Assembly (NCBI GenBank): GCA_017651515.1
Contig: JAGCCU010000034.1
Location: forward strand, 10,049 to 74,048
DNA: 64,000 nt
Source of the DNA: Muribaculaceae bacterium
GTDB lineage: Bacteria > Bacteroidota > Bacteroidia > Bacteroidales > Muribaculaceae
Direction of reading: 5' to 3'
Shown: positions 51,861-61,679 of the stretch, piece after piece
Layout: every line of letters begins with the position of its first letter
Position numbering within the stretch: position 1 is the stretch's first letter
Made by a program: the position numbers and the translations under genes
The notes under the pieces: generated by a model
Databases searched by the model: none
Told to the model about the DNA's origin: nothing
What the model saw: the letters and a program-made list of their open reading frames with translations, nothing else

Positions 51861-52517
51861 ATGATTATAAATCATTGTAAAACATTCTTAGCGTGTCTGC
51901 TTGTAATTGCATGTTTCACAGGCTGTAATAAAAGTACAGAAAAAAGAAGTGAAGAATTAAATCAAATAATGTTTCTTTATGAACAAAATAAAGATACTGC
52001 TTTACTTTATCATGCAGAAAGACTTTGTGACAGTCTTGAGCTATGCGAATTAACTAAAAAAGATATGATAATACTTAATTTGCGTAAGCCACAAGTGTTG
52101 ATTGCTATGGGGCGAATCCGTGATGCATTTGCATGGAAATGCCAACACTTGCCATCTGATAATATGGATCAACAAACATCTTTGCAGTTTGCACAGATAG
52201 CTTTTTGCGCCGGGAAAGAAGATTTAAAACAGAAATATTCAACTCGCACATTGGATATAATTGACAAAGAATTAACGAAATCTGAAATCAACAATGTTTA
52301 TCGCCAACAGTTGCTATCTGACAAATTACAGGTCCTTATTCTTTTAGATGAATACGAACAGAGTAAAGAAGTAGCAACTGAGATAGGCATATGGAACGAG
52401 GATGAATTTAAGACGTTTTATAATGCAACGCGCAAAGATATGCTTTCGTTGCAAACGAAATATGCACTTGATACATTGAGCCATAATCGCGACATTTACA
52501 TACCTCATATACCTTAA
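51861..52517 (+). CDS. Probable immunity lipoprotein for cassette 1
   Basis: Lipobox FTGC, helical, 5 bp after the cassette-1 stop. Confidence 0.65.
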   Translation: MIINHCKTFLACLLVIACFTGCNKSTEKRSEELNQIMFLYEQNKDTALLYHAERLCDSLELCELTKKDMIILNLRKPQVLIAMGRIRDAFAWKCQHLPSDNMDQQTSLQFAQIAFCAGKEDLKQKYSTRTLDIIDKELTKSEINNVYRQQLLSDKLQVLILLDEYEQSKEVATEIGIWNEDEFKTFYNATRKDMLSLQTKYALDTLSHNRDIYIPHIP

Positions 52518-52575
52518 TTCATCCATAGTTAATCAATAACTTCTTATATTATTTAATAATGGACATGCAGGAATT

Positions 52576-53268
52576 GGCATTCAGGGTGGAAATGTACTGC
52601 ACGGTGCGTTGATGGAACTGGTGGCGTGTGCTGGAGGCGAGGCTACGCTGGGCGTGTCGCGCCGCTGGCAAGGTGCACGCGGATTAGATGCGGCACAGCT
52701 GGGCATCATGGCTGTTGTGGGAGGCACAGTGTCGGAACTTGGCGGCGGCAACTTCGCCAATGGTGCCATGACTGCCGCCTTCGCATTCCTTTTCAACCAT
52801 TTAGGGCATTTGCACAATAATAGATCTCAATGTATTGTTTATGAAAACAAAATAAGAGTTAAGGCAAGGCTTGAAGCAAAGGGTTATCTCACCTTAGAAG
52901 ATGCCAACCTGTGGTATCAAATAGGTGAAGGAGAAACACTAACTATGGATGCAGAAAAATTAGGTATAGAAGAATTGCTTGAACATACTGAATTTCAATC
53001 CACAGGAGATAAAAGACTCTTAGATACCTTTGATGTATCATTTAAATTAGGTTGTGTTTATGGTACAATTAGCGTAGAGTTTAAAGGATTTGACTTGACT
53101 GGTCAAAGAGTATTTAGTGTTTTAAGTGATAATTATGGATTTGAAATGCATACACTTTCAAATGTACATGAATTTATTAGAAACATTAAAACTGTGGTCG
53201 GTGGATTTGTGGCAGGAGAAGGCATTCCTTATGATATTGTGTTTAAAAATTACATAAGAACAAAGTGA
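52576..53268 (+). pseudogene. Orphan polymorphic-toxin C-terminal cassette 2 with Gly/Ala-rich pre-toxin segment
   Basis: GC-rich GIQGGNVLHGA...VGGTVSELGGGNFANGAMTAAFAFLFNH followed by an abrupt switch to an AT-rich toxin tip. Confidence 0.75.
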
Positions 53269-53269
53269 A

Positions 53270-53701
53270 ATGAAATTACGACACTTAATAATTTCCATTC
53301 TTTCCTTGATTATGATTGGGTTTTCTGCTGGATGCCGTCACGACATTATGGATTTAGGTAATAATTACTTTTGGGTTGATGGTGCCATTTTTTATGAATC
53401 TGCAGATAGTGCAATTCATAAGCTTATATTTAGAAGTGTTATTGAGGCTAATTATGATAATAATTTTATAATTGCAAAACAGATACCTCGCAAAGAATTT
53501 AATACAGAACTTAATGAATGGTATTCAAATAATAGAATGGTAAAAGACTCAGTTCGCCGAAAACTTGAAAAAGCATTATCAATAGGTACATGCTACTGGA
53601 TTATTGACAAGAAACACCAAGATGTATTGGGACCGATGCGCCGGGCTGAGTTCGACTGCGCACGAGAATCTTTAGGCATTAGTATAAACTTGACAAAATA
53701 G
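53270..53701 (+). CDS. Probable immunity lipoprotein (DUF3997-like)
   Basis: Lipobox SAGC, DLGNNY, YDNNFIIAKQ.P, YWIIDK...VLGPM...EF....LGI. Confidence 0.72.
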   Translation: MKLRHLIISILSLIMIGFSAGCRHDIMDLGNNYFWVDGAIFYESADSAIHKLIFRSVIEANYDNNFIIAKQIPRKEFNTELNEWYSNNRMVKDSVRRKLEKALSIGTCYWIIDKKHQDVLGPMRRAEFDCARESLGISINLTK

Positions 53702-53716
53702 AATGAATATTATTTT

Positions 53717-53860
53717 AAGGTGATAGTGGCATCGGGTCTGGATGATTATATCATTGCCGATGTTGAAGATGCATTACTCATTGTGCCCCGCAGCGAGGAG
53801 CAGAAGATTCGCAACTATGTCAATGAAGTGCGCACGCAGTTTGGAGAGGAATACTTATAA
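53717..53860 (+). pseudogene. Diverged duplicate of the last 48 codons of manC (51053-51196)
   Basis: Encodes KVIVASGLDDYIIADVEDALLIVPRSEEQKIRNYVNEVRTQFGEEYL-stop; 46/47 aa identical, ~24 of 144 nt differ. Confidence 0.92.
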
Positions 53861-53892
53861 AAAAGTAATAAGTAGAAAGTAATAAGGATAAT

Positions 53893-53929
53893 AAAATATC
53901 GGCAGGATTTAAACCCTGCCGATATTTTT
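53893..53929. terminator. Bidirectional intrinsic terminator
   Basis: AAAATATCGGCAGG...CCTGCCGATATTTT between the manC remnant and convergent kbl. Confidence 0.85.
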
Positions 53930-53994
53930 ATAGAAACGTTTGAAATGTGTTCTAATAGCTTGTCGTTAAGGACTTAACACTTTCGATTTGTTAC

Positions 53995-55185
53995 TTATTT
54001 GATTACATTAAGCTCGCGGCCTACCTTGATGAAGGCTTCAATAGCTTTGTCGAGGTGCTCGTGTTCGTGGCCAGCACTGAGTTGTACGCGGATGCGAGCC
54101 TGTCCCTTAGGCACAACTGGATAGTAGAATCCAGTGACATAGATGCCTTCCTGCTGCATGCGTGCTGCAAAATCCTGTGACAGCTTTGCATCATAGAGCA
54201 TCACGGCGCAGATAGCACTCTGAGTGGGCTTAATATCGAAGCCGGCAGCCATCATCTTGTCGCGGAAGTAGTTCACGTTCTCAACCAACTTGTCGTGCAG
54301 GGCGTTGCTCTCCTCAAGCATCTTGAACATCTCGATACTTGCACCAACGATGCCAGGAGCAATAGAGTTGCTGAACAGGTAAGGACGGCTGCGCTGACGC
54401 AGCATGTCGATAATCTCCTTGCGACCGGTTGTGAAGCCACCCATAGCACCGCCGAATGCCTTTCCCAGTGTGCCGGTAAAGATGTCGATGCGTCCGTAGA
54501 GGTTGAATTGCTCGGCAACGCCGTGACCTGTCGGACCAACCACACCAGCAGAGTGCGACTCGTCTACCATCACCAAAGCGTCGTATTTCTCTGCAAGGTC
54601 ACAAATCTTATCCATTGGAGCCACGTTGCCGTCCATCGAGAACACACCGTCGGTGGCAATCACACGGAAGCGCTGTGCCTGAGCCTCCTTGAGACAGTTC
54701 TCCAATTCTTCCATGTTGGCGTTTGCATAACGGTAGCGTTTAGCCTTGCACAAACGCACGCCGTCGATGATAGAGGCGTGGTTGAGTGCATCGCTGATGA
54801 TGGCGTCTTGGTCGGTTAGCAGTGCCTCAAACAGGCCTCCGTTGGCATCGAAACAGGAACCATAGAGGATAGCATCGTCGGTCTTGAAATAGCGCGCAAT
54901 GCTTGCCTCAAGTTCTTTGTGGATGTCCTGCGTGCCGCAGATGAAGCGTACACTCGACATACCGAAACCGTGGTCGGTCATAGCCTTGGTAGCAGCCTCG
55001 ATAAGGCGTTTGTTGTTGGACAAACCAAGATAGTTGTTGGCACAGAAGTTGAGTACGTCACTGTCGGGGCGCACCTTGATGGCGGCACGCTGCTCGGTTG
55101 TGATGATTCGTTCGTTCTTGTACAAGCCGGCAGCTTCTATGTCGGCCAGTTCTTTTGTCAGAAAGTCTTGAAATTTTCCGTACAT
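53995..55185 (-). CDS. kbl: Glycine C-acetyltransferase (2-amino-3-ketobutyrate CoA ligase)
   Basis: NFCANNYLGL, SVRFICGTQ, NHASIIDG, TDGVFSMDG, TLGKAFGG, SRPYLFSN, ARIRVQLSA. Confidence 0.96.
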   Translation of the reverse strand: MYGKFQDFLTKELADIEAAGLYKNERIITTEQRAAIKVRPDSDVLNFCANNYLGLSNNKRLIEAATKAMTDHGFGMSSVRFICGTQDIHKELEASIARYFKTDDAILYGSCFDANGGLFEALLTDQDAIISDALNHASIIDGVRLCKAKRYRYANANMEELENCLKEAQAQRFRVIATDGVFSMDGNVAPMDKICDLAEKYDALVMVDESHSAGVVGPTGHGVAEQFNLYGRIDIFTGTLGKAFGGAMGGFTTGRKEIIDMLRQRSRPYLFSNSIAPGIVGASIEMFKMLEESNALHDKLVENVNYFRDKMMAAGFDIKPTQSAICAVMLYDAKLSQDFAARMQQEGIYVTGFYYPVVPKGQARIRVQLSAGHEHEHLDKAIEAFIKVGRELNVIK

Positions 55186-55402
55186 CGGTTTATATATTTA
55201 ATAGGTTAATAGGTTTTCTGGCTTTTTATTTACACCTTACAAAGTTCAGAAAAATTCTTGACATGGTGAAACGTATCAGACAAAAAAGACAAAAAAGTGA
55301 TAGAATATTGAATTTTTCGCTTAAACCACTATTGACATTTGAGAATTTAATTGTAACTTTGTGCGATTAACCTAACTAACCTTCAACAAAGAAATCACTT
55401 CG

Positions 55403-56359
55403 ATGAAAAACGTCTTGATTATTGGCTCTACAGGCCAGATTGGGTCGGAGCTCACAATGAAACTCCGCGGCATTTATGGAAATGCCAATGTAGTGGCAGG
55501 TTACATACCTGGCGCAGAGCCTAAAGGTGAACTTGCCGAAAGCGGCCCAAAGGAAGTGGTCGATATCACCAATGCGCAACAGATTGCCGACACTGTAAAG
55601 AAATACAATATCGACACCATCTACAACTTGGCGGCGCTTCTTAGCGCAGTAGCCGAGGCAAAACCCCTGCTGGCATGGAAAATAGGTATCGGTGGACTTA
55701 TGAACACACTGGAGGTAGCGCGTGAACACAACTGCGCCGTATTTACTCCCAGCAGCATAGGTTCATTTGGACCAAACGCACCCAAGGACGGAACTCCACA
55801 GGACACCATCCAGCAACCACGCACTATGTACGGCGTAACCAAGGTAAGTGGAGAACTGCTCAGCAACTACTATGCTCTCAAGTTTGGTGTTGACACACGC
55901 TCGGTACGATTCCCAGGGCTCATCTCCTATGTCGCACCTCCTGGTGGGGGCACAACCGATTATGCAGTGGACATATATTACAGTGCTGTGCGAGGCGAGA
56001 AATTCATTTGCCCCATCAAGGAAGGCACATTCATGGATATGATGTACATGCCCGATGCGCTTCGTGCTGCTATAGAGATTATGGAAGCCGACCCCACACG
56101 ACTACAGCACCGCAACTCGTTCAACATAGCATCAATGAGCTTTGATCCCGACATCATCTACCGCAAGATTAAGGAGTACGTTCCTGGATTCGAGATGGAA
56201 TATCAGGTAGACCCACTGCGTCAGGCCATCGCAGAGTCTTGGCCAAATCGCCTTGATGACACTTGTGCACGAATAGAGTGGGATTGGAAGCCCGAGTATG
56301 ATCTCGATGCCATGACAAAGGACATGCTCGAGAAACTGCGCATCAAGTTGCTCAAGTAA
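55403..56359 (+). CDS. tdh: SDR-type L-threonine 3-dehydrogenase
   Basis: G..GQIGSEL, LAALLSA, PSSI..FG, P.TMYGVTK, PGGGTTDYAV, MMYMPDA; divergent from kbl. Confidence 0.9.
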   Translation: MKNVLIIGSTGQIGSELTMKLRGIYGNANVVAGYIPGAEPKGELAESGPKEVVDITNAQQIADTVKKYNIDTIYNLAALLSAVAEAKPLLAWKIGIGGLMNTLEVAREHNCAVFTPSSIGSFGPNAPKDGTPQDTIQQPRTMYGVTKVSGELLSNYYALKFGVDTRSVRFPGLISYVAPPGGGTTDYAVDIYYSAVRGEKFICPIKEGTFMDMMYMPDALRAAIEIMEADPTRLQHRNSFNIASMSFDPDIIYRKIKEYVPGFEMEYQVDPLRQAIAESWPNRLDDTCARIEWDWKPEYDLDAMTKDMLEKLRIKLLK

Positions 56360-56932
56360 GCAACAACTAGGCTATCTGACATTAATAACTTAATGCAAAC
56401 ATTTACCTACAAAAGACTCCCATACCATTACAATTATTAATGTCAGAGCCACTTAAACATAGCTGATAACGCCATTTTATGTGATTTTTTAGTTAAATAT
56501 TAAGTGTTAAAATCTTAATGGTTTAACACTTGTATTTTACTTATATTCACCTAATCGAAATTTAATTTTTTCGTTTTGAAACCAACCAATAACACTGAAT
56601 ATCAATAATTTATCTAAAACCACACTCCCAAACCGCACTTTTTTGCAAACTTTAAGCGCGGCATCAAACAAAATATCAGATTCAAACCCTAAAGGTTAAA
56701 AACTCATGTGTTTTTGCTTATTTTGCCGATGTTATTTAATTTTGCAACGTTTTGGCTACAATTTTTGTATAGTCCAAAGTGGCTTTAAAAGTGTATTGGT
56801 AGAAACTAATCCAGTTCAATTAAAGGTGGTTGTATAATATAAATTAAGGATACATAATACCAAAAAGCTTAACTGCATTAATTGATGGCTTATACCAAGT
56901 AAACATTTAATTTTCAATTATATTAATTTTAA

Positions 56933-59900
56933 ATGCGAGAGTTTATGATTAAGAAATTAACTTTGCTTCTAGCGTTGGTATTTCTTTCAGTAGGAATATC
57001 GTTCGCTCAGACGAGAGTCACAGGTACCGTGACAGCCGAAGAGGACGGTATGCCCATCGTGGGTGCTACCGTTCAAGTCGTAGGTAGTCAGATAGGTACT
57101 GCGACTGACGTGGACGGAATGTTCTCCTTGAATGTTCCAAGTAACTCTATTCTGCGTGTCTCGTACATCGGTATGCAAACCGTAGAAGTAGCAGCATCGC
57201 CTAACATGAACATCGTGCTTAAGTCAAGCGATAACACACTTGAAGAAGTGGTGGTTACCGCTATGGGCATCAAGCGCAGCGCCAAGGCGTTAGGTTATTC
57301 GGCTACTGCTGTGAAAGGTGACGAGATTACAGCTGCACGCACCAACGACATCATGTCGAGCTTGGCAGGTAAGGTGGCTGGTGTTCAGATTGCCGAGTCA
57401 TCTAGTGACCCAGGTTCGTCTAAGTCGGTTATCATCCGTGGTGTCAGCTCACTGTCAGGAAACAACCAGCCACTTTACATCGTTGACGGTGTGCCTATGA
57501 ACAACTCGGCAACATATAGTGGTGATGGTCTGAACAGCGGCTTCGACTTCGGTAATGGTGCCAGCGCCGTGAACCCCGATGACGTCGAGACAATGACCAT
57601 CCTCAAGGGTGCTGCTGCAACCGCTCTGTACGGTAGCCGCGCAGGTAATGGTGTTATCCTCATCACTACCAAGAAGGGTGCCAAGCAGGCCAAGGGCGTA
57701 GGTATCGAGTATAACGGTGGTCTCCAGTGGGAGAGCGTGCTTCGCTTGCCACAGACACAAGACTCATTCGGTATGGGTTGGTATGGCGACAAGACCGACA
57801 TTGAGAACGGTTCTTGGGGTCCCGAATTTGATGGTTCTCTGCTCCGTTATGGCTGGATCTACAACAACAGCCAGAAGATGAAGAGCTATGTTGCCATCAA
57901 GAACAACATGAAGGACTTCTTCGACACTGGTTTCCGCTTCAACAACTCTTTGAGCTACAATGGCGCTACCGATAAGAGCACTTATTACCTGTCACTTTCG
58001 CAAATCAGCGACAATGGTATCATTCCTTCAAACAAGGATAGCTATGACAAATACACCTTCTCGGCTCGCGGTAGCCATCGTGAAGGCAATGTGACGTTCT
58101 CAACTTCGTTGAACTATGCTTTCCAGCGCAACAAGTTCGTCACCACTGGTCAGGGCTTCTCTATGTACAATGCAATTATGCAGACTCCACGCGATATCTC
58201 TATCGCTGAGCTCAAAGACCTGGACGATCCATTCAACCAGCCTGGTTACTACTATACTCCTTACGGCATCACCAATCCTTATTGGGTGCTGGAGAATTAC
58301 AAGAACAATTTTGAGCAGGAGCGTTTCTATGGTAACTTTGAGATTCGCTACGACTTCTTAAAGTACTTCAACCTGAGCTATCGCTTCGGTATGGATACCA
58401 ATACAAGTCAACACGACCAAGGTATGCCTAACATGCGCGCGCTCTTCGGTGGCCAGCCTAATGCTGCCCTCGAGCCCGAACCCGACAACCTGGCAAAGGA
58501 AACCGGTTCGGTATCGCAGCAGACTAGCCGTCGCCGTGAGATGGACCACAACATCATGCTTACTTACGACCAGCAGATCAACCCTGACTGGCGCGTTAAT
58601 GCAAGTATCGGTTTTAATGGCAACGAACGCCGTTACTCTTATCTATATGCTGCCGTTACCAACTTGACTATCCCAACTTGGTACAACTTGGGTAACAGTG
58701 CTGAAATTCCATCAGTGGAACAGTACCAGTGGAAGCGCCGTTATCTTGGTGTTTATGGTACCGCTGAGGTTGACTACAAGAACTTCTTGTTCCTCACCCT
58801 CAATCTGCGTAACGACTGGTCTTCGACCCTGCCAAAGGGTAACCGCTCATTCTTCTATCCTGGTATCACCGCCAGCTTCCTGTTCAGTGAACTGCTGAGC
58901 CCAGAGGCTCGTGAAATACTCAGCTTCGGTAAGCTGCGTGCCGCTTGGGGTAAGACTGGTAACGACGCCAGTGTCTATATGACTAATTCTGTATATGCAC
59001 AGGCACTTGCCAACTCCAGTGGTTGGGCCGACAGTGCATTCCCGTTCACCAAGACTGGCACAAATGCCTATAGTGCTGGTAATGTGCTTGGTAGCCAGAA
59101 CTTGAGTCCTGAGATGACTACTGAGGCTGAGGTTGGTCTTCAGTTGGCATTCTTCCAGAACCGTCTGTCGTTCGATGTATCTTACTACAACCGTAACACC
59201 GACAAGCAGATCTTCTCACTGAACATGGATCCTTCGACCGGTTACACTGCTCAGAACATGAACCTTGGTAAAATCAACAACAAGGGTATTGAGATTCTGG
59301 TCAACGCTACTCCAGTTAAGATCGGCGACTTCTCTTGGGATGTTAGCTGGAACTTTACCAAGAACAAGAGTAAAGTTGTTAGCCTGCCTGAGGAACTTGG
59401 TGGCATTGCCCAGATCTACGGTTTCAGTGGCGGTACAGGTATGTATGCTATCGTAGGTGAGCCTATAGGTGTATTCAAGGCATACGTTCCCCAGATGACC
59501 GATGACGGCAAGATTATTTGCGACAGCAAGGGTCTTCCTCTACAGAATCCCGACCAGCAGATTGTTGGCGACATGAACTACAAGTATCAGATGGGCTTCG
59601 GAACTACTCTGCGTTACAAGGGTGTCAGCCTGAGCGCTGCTCTCGATATCCGCAAGGGTGGTGTGATGTTCTCGCGTACTGCCGACATCATGTACTTCAC
59701 TGGTAACGCTATCCAGACTGCTTATAACCACCGTAACCCATTCATCGTTCCTAACTCTGTACAACAAGTCGGTACCGATGATGATGGCAACCCCATCTAC
59801 GGTGACAACACCACATTCCTTACACCAACCAATATGTTCAGCTACTGGGATGCTGGTGGTGACAAACTCGATGCAGCATTCCTGCTCGACAAGAGCTATG

Positions 59901-60142
59901 TGAAACTGCGTAGCGTAGTTTTGAACTGGGATCTCCCCAGCAAGTGGTTTGCCAAGACCTTCCTCACTGGTGTGAGCATCTCGGCATTCGGTAACAATCT
60001 CTTTGTATGGACTCCTAAGAGTAATACCTTCATCGATCCCGAAATCACTTCGTTCGGTAATGACCTCGAAGGTAACTTTGGTGAGTATTCGGCTAACCCA
60101 AGCTCACGCAAGTTTGGTTTCAACCTAAAGGTTAAATTCTAA
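56933..60142 (+). CDS. susC: SusC/RagA TonB-dependent transporter
   Basis: EEVVVTAMGI, IIRG..S..GNNQPLYIVDG, LKGAAATALYGSRA.NGVILITTK, RNDWSSTL, C-terminal FNLKVKF. Confidence 0.96.
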   Translation: MREFMIKKLTLLLALVFLSVGISFAQTRVTGTVTAEEDGMPIVGATVQVVGSQIGTATDVDGMFSLNVPSNSILRVSYIGMQTVEVAASPNMNIVLKSSDNTLEEVVVTAMGIKRSAKALGYSATAVKGDEITAARTNDIMSSLAGKVAGVQIAESSSDPGSSKSVIIRGVSSLSGNNQPLYIVDGVPMNNSATYSGDGLNSGFDFGNGASAVNPDDVETMTILKGAAATALYGSRAGNGVILITTKKGAKQAKGVGIEYNGGLQWESVLRLPQTQDSFGMGWYGDKTDIENGSWGPEFDGSLLRYGWIYNNSQKMKSYVAIKNNMKDFFDTGFRFNNSLSYNGATDKSTYYLSLSQISDNGIIPSNKDSYDKYTFSARGSHREGNVTFSTSLNYAFQRNKFVTTGQGFSMYNAIMQTPRDISIAELKDLDDPFNQPGYYYTPYGITNPYWVLENYKNNFEQERFYGNFEIRYDFLKYFNLSYRFGMDTNTSQHDQGMPNMRALFGGQPNAALEPEPDNLAKETGSVSQQTSRRREMDHNIMLTYDQQINPDWRVNASIGFNGNERRYSYLYAAVTNLTIPTWYNLGNSAEIPSVEQYQWKRRYLGVYGTAEVDYKNFLFLTLNLRNDWSSTLPKGNRSFFYPGITASFLFSELLSPEAREILSFGKLRAAWGKTGNDASVYMTNSVYAQALANSSGWADSAFPFTKTGTNAYSAGNVLGSQNLSPEMTTEAEVGLQLAFFQNRLSFDVSYYNRNTDKQIFSLNMDPSTGYTAQNMNLGKINNKGIEILVNATPVKIGDFSWDVSWNFTKNKSKVVSLPEELGGIAQIYGFSGGTGMYAIVGEPIGVFKAYVPQMTDDGKIICDSKGLPLQNPDQQIVGDMNYKYQMGFGTTLRYKGVSLSAALDIRKGGVMFSRTADIMYFTGNAIQTAYNHRNPFIVPNSVQQVGTDDDGNPIYGDNTTFLTPTNMFSYWDAGGDKLDAAFLLDKSYVKLRSVVLNWDLPSKWFAKTFLTGVSISAFGNNLFVWTPKSNTFIDPEITSFGNDLEGNFGEYSANPSSRKFGFNLKVKF

Positions 60143-60152
60143 TTTATTTGTA

Positions 60153-61640
60153 ATGACTATGAAAAAGATATTATTATTTACCGCTGTAGTAGGTTTGGTG
60201 GCTCTTTCGTCGTGTGATCTCGACATCAACGACAACCCCAACTTCCCATCACCAAATGATGTGACTGTGGACTTGATGTTCCCGTCAGTGGAGAACTTCG
60301 TAGCCGATGCTGTGGGTGACCAGATGTTCAACTATGCAGGTTTCTTCTCACAGTATTTCGAGCAGATGCCTGAAGCTAACCAGTATAATGATATTGCTGA
60401 GTTGCATCTCGATGAAGGTTCTAACCTCTTCGATCGTTGCTATCGCAATCTCTATGCTGGTGCCTTGCAGGATATCGAAGACATCTTGAGTCGCGACGAC
60501 AATACAAGCGATATTTTCGCTTGCAAGGTTATCCGTGCATACGCATTCCAGTTGTTGGTTGACAACCTGGATCAGGCTCCTTACACCGAGGCGTTGCAGG
60601 GAAGTGCCAACAGCCAGCCCAAATGGGATCTTGGCAAGGACATTTTCGCTGGTATTCTTCAAGAACTCGATGAAGCTGAAAGTAACCTCAGCGGCCAGGT
60701 GATGGGTCTCACCGATCCAATGCTGAACAAGAATATGGATCAATGGAAGGGCTTTGCCAACGCTCTGCGTCTACGAATCTATGTGCGCATGATTGCTGCA
60801 GGTGTTGATGCTGCAGGCTATCAGTCAAAGGCTGTCGCACTCGTGAAGGCCAACAAATTCTTCACAGGTGATATCACTTGGGATGTTTACAGCAATTCGG
60901 AAGGTCAGTATAACCCATGGTATCAGGCCAACTACAAGCGTCTGGCTGCCAATATCGTAGCTGCATACCCTATCGTCAGTTACTATAAGACAACCAATGA
61001 CCCACGTATCGCCTATGCTATAGCTCCCAATGAGGATGCTGGCGAATATGTAGGTCAGATTCCTGGCGGCAAGGTTCCTACCAAGACTTGGAACGGCGAC
61101 TGGAAGAACAAAGACGTGAGCGCTATCAAGGGTGCTCCTGCACTGTTCATGCCTATCTATCTTTTCACTCAGAGCGAACTGCAATTCCTCATTGCAGAAA
61201 TTCAGTTGAAATATGGCAATAATGCTTCTGCAGCCAAGGAAGCCTACGAGGCTGCTGTAAAGGCCGACTTCGCTTCTCGTGGTGTAGCAGGTGCCGATGC
61301 ATTCCTCGCTGGTAACCTTGTCAACTGGGACAAGGCTTCTGACAAGGCTAAGCTTATCGGTATGCAAAAATGGGCTGCCCTGTTCTATCGCAACCACATG
61401 GAAGCCTGGAGCGAAATACGTCGTACCGATATTCCCGCTACAAGTGCTAAGAGTGGTAAGGACATCTTTACCGATCCTACTGTTTACACTGCTGGTGACA
61501 TGATTGTTCCTGCTACCAACCATATTGAGGCTGGTGGCCTTTGCAAGCGCGTTCCTTATCCACAGAATGCACGTCAGTTGAATGTGAACACTCCACCTGC
61601 TAAGTTGCTTAGCGACCGCGTGTTCTGGGATGCAAAGTGA
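60153..61640 (+). CDS. susD: SusD/RagB lipoprotein
   Basis: Lipobox SSC, INDNPN, PYTEAL, W..FANALRLR, DPR, QKW.A, EAWSE.RRT, VFWD. Confidence 0.93.
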   Translation: MTMKKILLFTAVVGLVALSSCDLDINDNPNFPSPNDVTVDLMFPSVENFVADAVGDQMFNYAGFFSQYFEQMPEANQYNDIAELHLDEGSNLFDRCYRNLYAGALQDIEDILSRDDNTSDIFACKVIRAYAFQLLVDNLDQAPYTEALQGSANSQPKWDLGKDIFAGILQELDEAESNLSGQVMGLTDPMLNKNMDQWKGFANALRLRIYVRMIAAGVDAAGYQSKAVALVKANKFFTGDITWDVYSNSEGQYNPWYQANYKRLAANIVAAYPIVSYYKTTNDPRIAYAIAPNEDAGEYVGQIPGGKVPTKTWNGDWKNKDVSAIKGAPALFMPIYLFTQSELQFLIAEIQLKYGNNASAAKEAYEAAVKADFASRGVAGADAFLAGNLVNWDKASDKAKLIGMQKWAALFYRNHMEAWSEIRRTDIPATSAKSGKDIFTDPTVYTAGDMIVPATNHIEAGGLCKRVPYPQNARQLNVNTPPAKLLSDRVFWDAK

Positions 61641-61679
61641 TAACGACTGAGTTTTAATCACATTAATAGAGATATTATT

